DNA from: Candidatus Micrarchaeota archaeon CG1_02_51_15
GTDB lineage: Archaea > Micrarchaeota > Micrarchaeia > Norongarragalinales > UBA8480
Assembly (NCBI GenBank): GCA_001871495.1
Contig: MNVG01000016.1
Span: 1-52,835 of the forward strand
Direction: 5' to 3'
Length of the DNA: 52,835 nt
Translations under genes and position numbers: made by a program
In this document: piece after piece, positions 33,615-41,072 of the stretch
How positions within the stretch are numbered: position 1 is the first letter of the stretch
Layout of the letters: each line of letters opens with the position of its first letter
The notes under the pieces: model-generated
What the model was told of the DNA's origin: nothing
Databases searched by the model: none
The model's input: the letters and a program-made list of their open reading frames with translations, nothing else

Positions 33615-33878
33615 TTAAAACCATTTTTTGGGGTCGACTACGGTGAACAAGCCGTACATTACCAACACCGCGAACAACAAGTACTTGAACCAATCGTAAG
33701 GCAACACCAACAGGAAGATTATCAACGCAGTAACCAGCAAGGCCAGTAGCGGGTGGCGTATAAAATTATTGGACAACAGGTTGTACAACGTGAAGAAAAC
33801 CAGGATTAATGCAACCAAGCCAAAGGCTTCTCCGAAGTCAGTGTACAACAACGCCGGCAGAAACGCTTGTTCGAACAT
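33615..33878 (-). CDS. small membrane protein 4 of 7 (3 TM; paralogue of protein 2)
   Basis: 87 aa. RHPLLALLVTALIIFLLVLPYDW aligns with FSPLLTMVVAAVLIYYLVIVYPW of 34299..34580. Confidence 0.6.
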   Translation of the reverse strand: MFEQAFLPALLYTDFGEAFGLVALILVFFTLYNLLSNNFIRHPLLALLVTALIIFLLVLPYDWFKYLLFAVLVMYGLFTVVDPKKWF

Positions 33879-33908
33879 GTTAGGAAATAATTTTGTAAAC
33901 TCGACGAT

Positions 33909-34298
33909 TTAAAGCCTGCGTTTGGCAAGCGATTTCTTCAATTTACCGCTATTGGTCGCGCCAAAGACTTTTTTGAACTCCGAAGCAAGTTCTGCGTAAA
34001 GCTTGCGCGTGCCGAGGATAAACTCGCCTTCAAGCATTACCGCGTAAAGCAGTGCTCCGAACATCATTCCGCCTGCAAACCACGAAAACACGCGCTCTCC
34101 TAAGGAAACTCCTTCTTTAAGGTTGGAAACAACCTGCCCGCTGACTTGCGGATATTCGGAAAGCAAGTACTGCCAAGTTATCCACGAAACAGCTATTGCA
34201 ACGACTATTACGGCCAAGCGCCACTTGGGGTTGAACCACTTGGCGCGGTGAGCGCTGGCAAAACTGTACAGTTCCAAGAAACCCATTTTTTCAACCAT
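33909..34298 (-). CDS. small membrane protein 3 of 7 (2-3 TM plus a basic C-terminus)
   Basis: 129 aa. There is 0-nt spacing to the upstream gene. Confidence 0.6.
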   Translation of the reverse strand: MVEKMGFLELYSFASAHRAKWFNPKWRLAVIVVAIAVSWITWQYLLSEYPQVSGQVVSNLKEGVSLGERVFSWFAGGMMFGALLYAVMLEGEFILGTRKLYAELASEFKKVFGATNSGKLKKSLAKRRL

Positions 34299-34580
34299 TT
34301 ATTCCAAACCCCTTTTTTTCTTATGCACGAACCTGAACAAAAACGGCGCAAACACCGAACCAAAGTACAGTATTCCCGAGAACATCAAAATCGATAAAAT
34401 CCAGCCTATGAACCCGGCCCAAGGATAGACTATCACCAAATAGTAAATCAAGACCGCTGCAACCACCATTGTAAGAAGCGGCGAAAACGCCAGGTGCTCC
34501 TGCGCCCAATTGTAGTAGTAATACGCCATAAGGAATACGACTATCCACCAAACCCACTGCAATTCTTCAAGGAACAACAT
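34299..34580 (-). CDS. small membrane protein 2 of 7 (3 TM, Trp/Tyr-rich)
   Basis: 93 aa. There is a 9-nt gap to the upstream gene. Confidence 0.6.
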   Translation of the reverse strand: MLFLEELQWVWWIVVFLMAYYYYNWAQEHLAFSPLLTMVVAAVLIYYLVIVYPWAGFIGWILSILMFSGILYFGSVFAPFLFRFVHKKKRGLE

Positions 34581-34589
34581 GAAATATCA

Positions 34590-35060
34590 CTACATCATTC
34601 TTCGCCGCATCAGCTGCTCCTGCATCATTCCCGTATTCTGCTGTGCCTTCATCTGCTTGGCAGTCCAGCCTTCCATGAAATCCTGCTCGGCCTGGTTCAA
34701 GGGCTGGCCTTCCGACATTTTTTCTTCAAGACGCATGGCTTCGCTCTGTTCAAATTGATGCTTGTGTCCTCCTATGCCAAACGCGCCGAGAATCGGTTCC
34801 AAACCGAATTGCACGAGCATCTGCACTTGGTTACCGAATACCACGAACAAGAAGAACGCAAGCAGCAGAAAAACCACGGAAACCGCGTGGATGAAGAAAA
34901 AATAAGCGGCCACTATCACTGCAAGCCCGAAGAGAACCTGGTTCTCGCGGAACATCATGTACAACTGGAACAACAAGTAGGAAAACGCGATTATCTTTAC
35001 TACGAACCACAAGTCGCCGAAAGCCTCCAACAATACAAGCCCGACGGCAAACGAAAACAC
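34590..35060 (-). CDS. small membrane protein 1 of 7 (4 TM plus a Gln/Met-rich soluble tail)
   Basis: 156 aa and the first gene of the array. Confidence 0.6.
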   Translation of the reverse strand: MFSFAVGLVLLEAFGDLWFVVKIIAFSYLLFQLYMMFRENQVLFGLAVIVAAYFFFIHAVSVVFLLLAFFLFVVFGNQVQMLVQFGLEPILGAFGIGGHKHQFEQSEAMRLEEKMSEGQPLNQAEQDFMEGWTAKQMKAQQNTGMMQEQLMRRRMM

Positions 35061-35183
35061 TGTTGCAATACCCCGTCAAAGCGTAACGCAACCGCGGTTA
35101 AAAAAACTTGGTTCCCGACAAAACGTGAACAAAACAAGGCATGCTGACGCGCAAGGTCTCAACTTCTTAATACACCCAGCCCG

Positions 35184-35729
35184 CTAAGCCCGTTTGCCGC
35201 GATAACCTGCCGAAGACACGATTGAGAAAATGTCTTTTTCATCGTAGATTGCCTGCAGTAAGTTTCTAAACATGAACGCCTTGGCCAAACCAGTCTTTTC
35301 TTGAATCATAATCAGTTCCAATACTTTGGCTATGAATTCAACGCTGTATTCGCCGTAACTGTCGAGTTTTTCGAATTGTTCAATATTGTGTTTGGTGCTG
35401 ACTTTCAACTCGCATTCTTGCTGCTGCGTTTGGTTTCCGAACGGCTCTGTCTTATCCCACATCCCTAGCAAAAACTTGACAAACTCCAAAGTAAGAGTTC
35501 GATTGTGTTCTTTCTTTATCAGCAAATCTATTGCCCAGTGCAAATGTTGAGGCGTCCTCACTCGCTTGCCCGCCTCTCGATATTTGACAATAATGTCCAA
35601 GTCGGAATTTGCTCCTCGTCGCCCCTGAAAAACGCCGATGACTACTCCTTTTTTAGTAAGAAATTCTTTGAACGCCCGCGCCTTCGGTGGTTTTAAGCCG
35701 TCACCGGGCGTTTTTGGTTGGTATTCCAT
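35184..35729 (-). CDS. hypothetical protein associated with the R-M locus
   Basis: The ORF-track start is TTG at 35735; I prefer the ATG at 35729 (MEYQPK). It is divergent from the putative endonuclease across only ~34 bp. No motif recognised. Confidence 0.5.
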   Translation of the reverse strand: MEYQPKTPGDGLKPPKARAFKEFLTKKGVVIGVFQGRRGANSDLDIIVKYREAGKRVRTPQHLHWAIDLLIKKEHNRTLTLEFVKFLLGMWDKTEPFGNQTQQQECELKVSTKHNIEQFEKLDSYGEYSVEFIAKVLELIMIQEKTGLAKAFMFRNLLQAIYDEKDIFSIVSSAGYRGKRA

Positions 35730-35733
35730 ACCC

Positions 35734-35756
35734 AAATAAATCCGTAGCGATTATAT
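35734..35756. promoter_or_regulatory. back-to-back TATA-like boxes in a 34-bp divergent intergenic region (implies leaderless mRNAs)
   Basis: AAATAAAT (35734-35741) lies 23-30 nt upstream of ATG 35764. TTATAT (35751-35756, read on the minus strand) lies 22-27 nt upstream of ATG 35729. Confidence 0.35.
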
Positions 35757-35763
35757 CAAGGTT

Positions 35764-36294
35764 ATGATTCGCAGGGGAACGGAGGGCAGGACGCCGCTTA
35801 GGCACGGGCTTCGTTTTGAGAAGCGGACTGATTTGGCGACGGTTATCGCGAGACTGCCTGACTTTTGTGTTAAGGGCGACTCGGTCGAGTATCGCGGAAA
35901 GGAAGTTGCCTTGCTTTACAAGAAGAACAAGCTTTACTCCAAACTACTGCAGCCAATGGGCGCGGATTACCGCAGGTTCATATCGAAAAGACTGTTGTCG
36001 GACGACGTGGTTCTCGTGTTGGTGGACAAGACGCTTTTCATAATCGAAACCGAGTTTCAAACGGTGGCGGGTTCAGTTGATGAAAAGCTTCAGACCTGTG
36101 GCTTCAAGTTAAGGCAGTACAAGAAGCTGTTCGAACCGATTGGCCTTAAGGTAAAGTATGCGTACGTGCTAAACGATTGGTTCAAGAAGCCAGAGTACAA
36201 GGACGTCCTGGACTACATTAAGTCAGTTGATTGTGATTACTTCTTCTACGAGCTTCCTTTGAGCTATTTGGGGTTCCCAGTTCCGGACAATTAG
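35764..36294 (+). CDS. putative type II restriction endonuclease (PD-(D/E)xK-like)
   Basis: VLVDKTLFIIETEFQTVAGSVDEKL has the D...(E)x(E/K)-then-helix pattern seen in small type II REases. It is adjacent and convergent to a Dam-class methyltransferase. No family-level match can be made by eye. Confidence 0.45.
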   Translation: MIRRGTEGRTPLRHGLRFEKRTDLATVIARLPDFCVKGDSVEYRGKEVALLYKKNKLYSKLLQPMGADYRRFISKRLLSDDVVLVLVDKTLFIIETEFQTVAGSVDEKLQTCGFKLRQYKKLFEPIGLKVKYAYVLNDWFKKPEYKDVLDYIKSVDCDYFFYELPLSYLGFPVPDN

Positions 36295-37146
36295 TTCCTT
36301 TACTTTCCCACGCCGGTCTCCCTTGCAGTTAATTGCCCGGTTGGCGCAAACCGTTTCAAGCTCAAACTCGGCGTAAAGATCGCGCGTAAAATCCGAAAAC
36401 GAGTTGCTCAACAACACGTAACAGCCCCGAGCATCAAGTTCCCTAACGGTCGCCAATAGCTTTTCCTGATCACTTTCAAAAAAGCCTTTTTCAGTATATC
36501 CCGTGAAGCTGGACGCCTTCGAAACCGGGACGTAAGGGGGATCGAAGTAAACCAAGTCTCCTTTCTTGGCATTATTCAATACAACAGCAAAATCGCCGCA
36601 GTACAACTCGTCTTTTTGCAACGCGCGGTGTACCCTGATCAAGTTCTCACTGTCGAGTATCTTGGGATTGGCGTACTTTCCGAATGGAACGTTAAAACCG
36701 CCCTTGGAGTTTACGCGGTACAACCCGTTGAAAGCGGTTTTATTCAAGTAGATGAAACGCGCCGCCCGACCGATATCGGAAACAGGTTTTGACGCACGAA
36801 CCGCGTAGTAAGCAGTGGAATTATTGGCGTACTTTGGAAGCGCGAGTTCGGCCATCAGCTCGAAAACGTGGCTTTTTATCGTACGATAGGCGTTGATTAG
36901 TTCCGCGTTAGAGTCGCTCAAGAAAGCGGTGTGCGCAAAATCCGCAGATTCTGCGACATGTCGGTTTGCCTGCGGCAAACCGCACATCTTTAAACGGTTT
37001 TCGGCCTCAAGCCGGAAGAACACGGCCCCGCCGCCAAGGAACGGCTCGTGATAGTTCCTAAATACTGGCAATCCTTTGGTGAGCTCGTTCATAAGCTGCC
37101 GCTTGCCGCCCGCCCACTTTACGAATGGTTTTGCTTCACTTAACAC
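36223..37146 (-). CDS. DNA adenine methyltransferase, D12 (Dam) class
   Basis: PFVKWAGGKRQL at the N-terminus, EPFLGGGAVFF (SAM binding) and the catalytic DPPY (VYFDPPYVP). GTG start. Confidence 0.88.
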   Translation of the reverse strand: MLSEAKPFVKWAGGKRQLMNELTKGLPVFRNYHEPFLGGGAVFFRLEAENRLKMCGLPQANRHVAESADFAHTAFLSDSNAELINAYRTIKSHVFELMAELALPKYANNSTAYYAVRASKPVSDIGRAARFIYLNKTAFNGLYRVNSKGGFNVPFGKYANPKILDSENLIRVHRALQKDELYCGDFAVVLNNAKKGDLVYFDPPYVPVSKASSFTGYTEKGFFESDQEKLLATVRELDARGCYVLLSNSFSDFTRDLYAEFELETVCANRAINCKGDRRGKVKELIVRNWEPQIAQRKLVEEVITIN

Positions 37147-37214
37147 TCTATTCCCTCAAGGGAAAGTAGCCGATTAACTCTTTAAAGGCTTGTTGCAGTG
37201 ACTTGCCAGTGGGT

Positions 37215-37269
37215 TTTGAAGAGCCGCGCCCGGCTCTTCAAACTCAAAGAGCGCGGCGGCGCTCTTTGA
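37215..37269. repeat. two adjacent perfect GC-rich hairpins
   Basis: 37215..37242 is TTTGAAGAGCCG-CGCC-CGGCTCTTCAAA (12-bp stem). 37244..37269 is TCAAAGAGCGC-GGCG-GCGCTCTTTGA (11-bp stem). Both lie in the 250-bp gap between the dam-like start and the rpl10e stop. Confidence 0.8.
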
Positions 37270-37369
37270 ATTGCCAGTAGCCCCCTTCAAAACGCGACCT
37301 CCCTCAGTTAACCGGCCTTGCAGCTGGCGGCAGGTAGAAAAAGGGGCAGGTTTCGTCCCGCCCTCCTTT

Positions 37370-37378
37370 AAAAAAAAA
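37370..37378 (-). terminator. T9 tract 19-27 nt downstream of the rpl10e stop
   Basis: The forward strand has A9, which is U9 on the coding strand. Confidence 0.4.
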
Positions 37379-37396
37379 TGGTTTCCGGAGAGGAGG

Positions 37397-38107
37397 TTAC
37401 TTCTTCTTTTCCTCTTTCGCAGGAGCGGCTGCCTTGCCTTTCTCGGCGGCGGCCGCGGGCGCTGCGGCACCCTTGCCTTTCTCGGCGGCAGGCGTTGCAG
37501 CAGCGGCTGCTTCGGCAACCGGTTTTGCTTCCTCGCGTTTCTTCATTGCAACTCCTGCAACGCTCTTGGCGAGGTTGGAAGCATCCTTGGAAATATCGCA
37601 CACTCTTATTTTGTACAATCCGCTCATTTTGCGTAACGCGCGATCAAAACCCTGTTTTATAATCGGCACGCCTGCAGTGTAACACCTTGCACGGAATACT
37701 ACGTCTCCCTTACGGATAGGCGCCATGCGGCCTTTGGGCCTGCCGAAGGCAAGCTTCATTCCCTTGGAAATACGGTCGGAGCCGGCAACTCCCAACGCGC
37801 TGTGCTCACGTATTACATAGTGAGGGTAATGCATTACTTTGAAGAAATAGTTGGCTAACAGGTTTTTCTCAACCCACTTGTTGCACATCTGGCGCGCGGC
37901 TTCGATTGCGTTGTCGCGCAGATTAATAGGAACTTGGGCAACCAAGTCAACTTCAAAGTCGAACCTCTTGTCAACGCCCATGTCGTACTGCCTTACTTTA
38001 GGCCGCGGCGCGCCTTTAACGAAACTCTTGCGAGGCCTGCGCTGTGAAATGCGCGTCCACGCCTGCGTTCCAGTCCTTCGAATTGTCTTAGCCGGTCTCA
38101 AACCCAT
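37397..38107 (-). CDS. rpl10e: 50S ribosomal protein L10e (uL16) with an Ala/Lys-rich C-terminal extension
   Basis: MGLRPAKTIRRTGTQAWTRISQRRPRKSFVKGAPRPKVRQYDMG is the canonical L10e N-terminus. At 236 aa it is ~55 aa longer than usual, ending ...AAAAATPAAEKGKGAAAPAAAAEKGKAAAPAKEEKKK. Confidence 0.9.
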   Translation of the reverse strand: MGLRPAKTIRRTGTQAWTRISQRRPRKSFVKGAPRPKVRQYDMGVDKRFDFEVDLVAQVPINLRDNAIEAARQMCNKWVEKNLLANYFFKVMHYPHYVIREHSALGVAGSDRISKGMKLAFGRPKGRMAPIRKGDVVFRARCYTAGVPIIKQGFDRALRKMSGLYKIRVCDISKDASNLAKSVAGVAMKKREEAKPVAEAAAAATPAAEKGKGAAAPAAAAEKGKAAAPAKEEKKK

Positions 38108-38211
38108 ATTTAGATAACACCATTTTGTTAATCGTTCGTAATAGAATCCAACTGCCCCACTAACAGAGAATCAGTGAATTTTTTTGGCAAAAACAAGTAT
38201 TTAAACATGCA

Positions 38212-39174
38212 TTACCGACGTTTGACTGACCTTGAACGCGGTTTGCCTCCGTTTAGAGCCCGCGTCAGTTGGCAGGCGCGGCACGTTTCATTGAACGAAG
38301 GCGCTCCGCACTCGCGGCATTTTACCGCACTTGCGTCTTTTGGAACAACTGCGTTCCGCAATTCCAAAAACGAGTTCAACAACTTGAGCTTGGTTCCAGG
38401 GTGCCTGCACTCGGCTTCGTTCAAAAAGTCCTTGACCGTGCCCCTGAAAGCCTCAGTTGAGTAAGGACATTCTCCCAAGTGAAATGGAAGGCCGTTCATT
38501 AACGCAAACAACGCGCACTCGCGCTCGGGAACGAAGGTCAAAGGCCGGATGCGTCTTACGAACGGAGAATCGCCTTCGTCGTTCAAACGCAAACGCGCAT
38601 TGCGACCCGCCTCGCCTTTAAGCAGGTTCATCAAGAAAGTCTGCGCCAAGTCATCTGCGTTGTGGCCCAATGCAAGCTTGTTGCAACGCAGTTGCTTCGC
38701 CGTTTTCTCCAATGCCTTACGCCGAAGCACGCCGCAGTAGGCGCACGCCCCTTCGCCCTTGGATTTTCCGGAATCGCGTTTTCGTATAATAGCGTCCAAT
38801 TGCCTGCCGAAAAGCTGTTTGAAAGAAACGACTTTAAGGCCAAACCCAAGTTTTTTGCACAACTGCCTTGCTTTAACAATCGCATGCAGACGATAGCCGG
38901 CTATGCCTTCATCTACTAAAACCGGAAAGACGCGCACGTCGCCTGCCAGTTCCGCCAAGTATTTTACGGACCAAAGCAGCGCGGCGCTGTCCTTGCCCCC
39001 CGAAACGGCAACCGCAATGCGGTCGCCTCTGCGGACAAGGCGAAATTCGCGGTTGGCTTTGCGCACTAGGCGTTCGAAATGCCTGAAAAAACAGGGCTGG
39101 CAGAAGGCGGCGCCAGCGTAAGACAATTCCACGACCGCTTTTCCCGCACAATTGAAGCACTTGACCAAAAACAC
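38212..39174 (-). CDS. TtuA/Ncs6(NcsA)-family tRNA 2-thiolation protein (PP-loop ATPase with Zn fingers)
   Basis: N-terminal CxxC...CxxC (KCFNCAGK...FCQPCF), PP-loop AVAVSGGKDSAALL, central CAYCG, and C-terminal CRECG...CRAC. Confidence 0.85.
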   Translation of the reverse strand: MFLVKCFNCAGKAVVELSYAGAAFCQPCFFRHFERLVRKANREFRLVRRGDRIAVAVSGGKDSAALLWSVKYLAELAGDVRVFPVLVDEGIAGYRLHAIVKARQLCKKLGFGLKVVSFKQLFGRQLDAIIRKRDSGKSKGEGACAYCGVLRRKALEKTAKQLRCNKLALGHNADDLAQTFLMNLLKGEAGRNARLRLNDEGDSPFVRRIRPLTFVPERECALFALMNGLPFHLGECPYSTEAFRGTVKDFLNEAECRHPGTKLKLLNSFLELRNAVVPKDASAVKCRECGAPSFNETCRACQLTRALNGGKPRSRSVKRR

Positions 39175-39285
39175 ACCGCCTAACCAATTAGTTAAGTTAA
39201 TTAATTTGACAGGCGCGTATTTAATCTAATCCGACTTTTAGCGGACTTTTCAGTAATTTAAAAACCAAAAGGTGGGCATTGATTT

Positions 39286-40419
39286 ATGGGCGAAGAACAA
39301 CACGGACAACCGGAACATCCTTATCATGAAGAACACCGGCATCACGAGCACGCCGCGCACGAACACAAGCCGGAGCACGCGGCCGCACCGACGCCCTTGC
39401 CCTTAGACAACAAGCTCTTGTTTTACGCGGCAGTCGCGCTCATAGGCGGGCTGTTAATCGGGTTCGCAGGCCACGCTCTTCTTAATCCCGTACAACCCGC
39501 GATTGCAGCCAATTCAACCGCTTCCCTTTCCACTCCTTCAACGGTTCCCCTGCAAGGGCAGTTGAGCGGCCAAGCGGCAGGAGAAAAGGCGGTCAAGTAC
39601 CTGAACGAAAACCTGCTTGCAGCCCAAGGGGTCACCGCGGTCTTAAACTCGGTAACCGAAGAGAACGGGTTGTACAAGCTCGACATGTCCATAAACAAGG
39701 GCAACGAAACCCTGCAGAAGCCCGAGGCCTACGCTTCACAAAACGGAAGACTGCTTTTAGTCGGAACAACTTTCGACTTGGACAAGCCGGTGCCGACCCC
39801 TGAACCCGCCAAGCCCGCCGCCACTCCTCAAAAGACGGACAAGCCGGTTGTTGAATTGTTCGTAATGAGCTTCTGTCCGTTCGGAGTGCAGGCGGAACAG
39901 GCAATGGACCCCGTAATCCCGTTGCTCAAGGACTCTGCCGACATCAAGATAAGGTATATTGCCCACATAGGCGACACGCTCGACTCGGTCCAGTCACTCC
40001 ACGGTCCAACTGAAGGAACCGAAGACATTCGCCAACTATGCGTAGCCAAAAACTACAACACCACCGTACTCTGGAACTACGTGCGGACAATAAACGCAGA
40101 GTGCTACCCGCAATACAGCAACCCCGAAGCATACACAACGTGCTGGAAGTCAGCAGCAGCCAAGGCAGGCATAAACGCAACGGCAATGGAAGCCTGCATT
40201 ACGTCCGAAGGCGTTTCGCTCATAAAGACCGAAATGGAGGTCACTGCCAAATACGGAGTAAGCGGCTCGCCTACGCTGATGATAAACGGAGTGCGCTACG
40301 AAGGCGCCCGCAGTGCAGATGCCTTCAAGCAAGGGATCTGCGCAGCATTCAAGACGCCGCCTGCAGCGTGCAGCCAAGCTGTTTCAAGCGCAGCTCCGGC
40401 TGCAGCAGGCAACTGTTGA
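39286..40419 (+). CDS. membrane-anchored thioredoxin-fold (DsbA-like) protein with a His-rich N-terminal tail
   Basis: 10 His in the first 31 residues (HPYHEEHRHHEHAAHEH), then one TM helix. The C-terminal domain has VELFVMSFCPFG and YGVSGSPTLMINGVRYEG, typical of DsbA/thioredoxin-like folds. Confidence 0.65.
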   Translation: MGEEQHGQPEHPYHEEHRHHEHAAHEHKPEHAAAPTPLPLDNKLLFYAAVALIGGLLIGFAGHALLNPVQPAIAANSTASLSTPSTVPLQGQLSGQAAGEKAVKYLNENLLAAQGVTAVLNSVTEENGLYKLDMSINKGNETLQKPEAYASQNGRLLLVGTTFDLDKPVPTPEPAKPAATPQKTDKPVVELFVMSFCPFGVQAEQAMDPVIPLLKDSADIKIRYIAHIGDTLDSVQSLHGPTEGTEDIRQLCVAKNYNTTVLWNYVRTINAECYPQYSNPEAYTTCWKSAAAKAGINATAMEACITSEGVSLIKTEMEVTAKYGVSGSPTLMINGVRYEGARSADAFKQGICAAFKTPPAACSQAVSSAAPAAAGNC

Positions 40420-41025
40420 GTGCTAGGCACAATGCTCTTCGACATCGAGGCAATCCTAGTTTCGTTCGGCTACGCTGCGCTATTTGGCATAGTGTTCGCG
40501 GAAACAGGCCTGCTGGTTGGCTTTTTCCTGCCTGGCGACACCCTTCTTTTTTCAGCAGGCATACTGGCGGCCAAAAACATTCTTGATCTGAAATTGGTAA
40601 TCTTGGTTTGCTGCGTTGCCGCAGTTACCGGCGACGCGCTGGGCTACTTGCTGGGCCGCAAGTACGGCAAGCAATTGTTCGAAAAAGAAGACGGAATGTT
40701 TTTCAAACGCGAAAACCTCGAAGTAGCCCGCGCATTCTACGAAAAACACGGCGGCAAAACCATTTTTCTCGCCCGATTCGTTCCCGTCGTCCGCACTTTC
40801 GCACCCGTACTTGCAGGAGTGGGGGACATGAAGTACTCACGCTTTGCAGCCTACAACATTCTAGGCGCAGTATTCTGGGTCACGGCGGTAACACTGGCCG
40901 GTTTCTTCGTAGGCGGACTCATTCCCGACGCAGCTGAATACGCCACACTCGCAGTAATCGCAGTGGTTATCCTGTCGCTGCTACCCGCAGGCTGGAAACT
41001 CGTAAAAAAAGCACTGAAGAAATAA
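40420..41025 (+). CDS. dedA: DedA-family membrane protein
   Basis: GLLVGFFLPGDTLLFSAG and HGGKTIFLARFVPVVRTFAPVLAGVGDMKYSRF are DedA/SNARE-associated signatures. GTG start directly after the upstream stop. Confidence 0.85.
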   Translation: MLGTMLFDIEAILVSFGYAALFGIVFAETGLLVGFFLPGDTLLFSAGILAAKNILDLKLVILVCCVAAVTGDALGYLLGRKYGKQLFEKEDGMFFKRENLEVARAFYEKHGGKTIFLARFVPVVRTFAPVLAGVGDMKYSRFAAYNILGAVFWVTAVTLAGFFVGGLIPDAAEYATLAVIAVVILSLLPAGWKLVKKALKK

Positions 41026-41072
41026 GCGGGGATTTTTTATACGTTGACAGCCTAGCTACTTTCGATTACGGA

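Noticed and set aside
34494-35147. 217-aa plus-strand His/Gln-rich ORF
   Set aside because: It is antisense to small membrane proteins 1 and 2. Its composition mirrors the complement of hydrophobic codons.
29310-37146. Interpretation of the HerA-like gene, small-TM array and R-M island as an integrated conjugative/mobile element
   Set aside because: There is no integrase, transposase, relaxase or replication gene in or near the block. There are no long flanking direct repeats; the 53-bp duplication is only 90 nt apart. A mobile origin remains speculation, so it is not called as a feature.
37174-37662. ORFs 37174..37518 (-), 37271..37636 (+), 37368..37601 (-) and 37378..37662 (+)
   Set aside because: They arise from the GC-rich hairpin region and from alternative frames or the antisense of the Ala/Lys-rich repeat tail of rpl10e.
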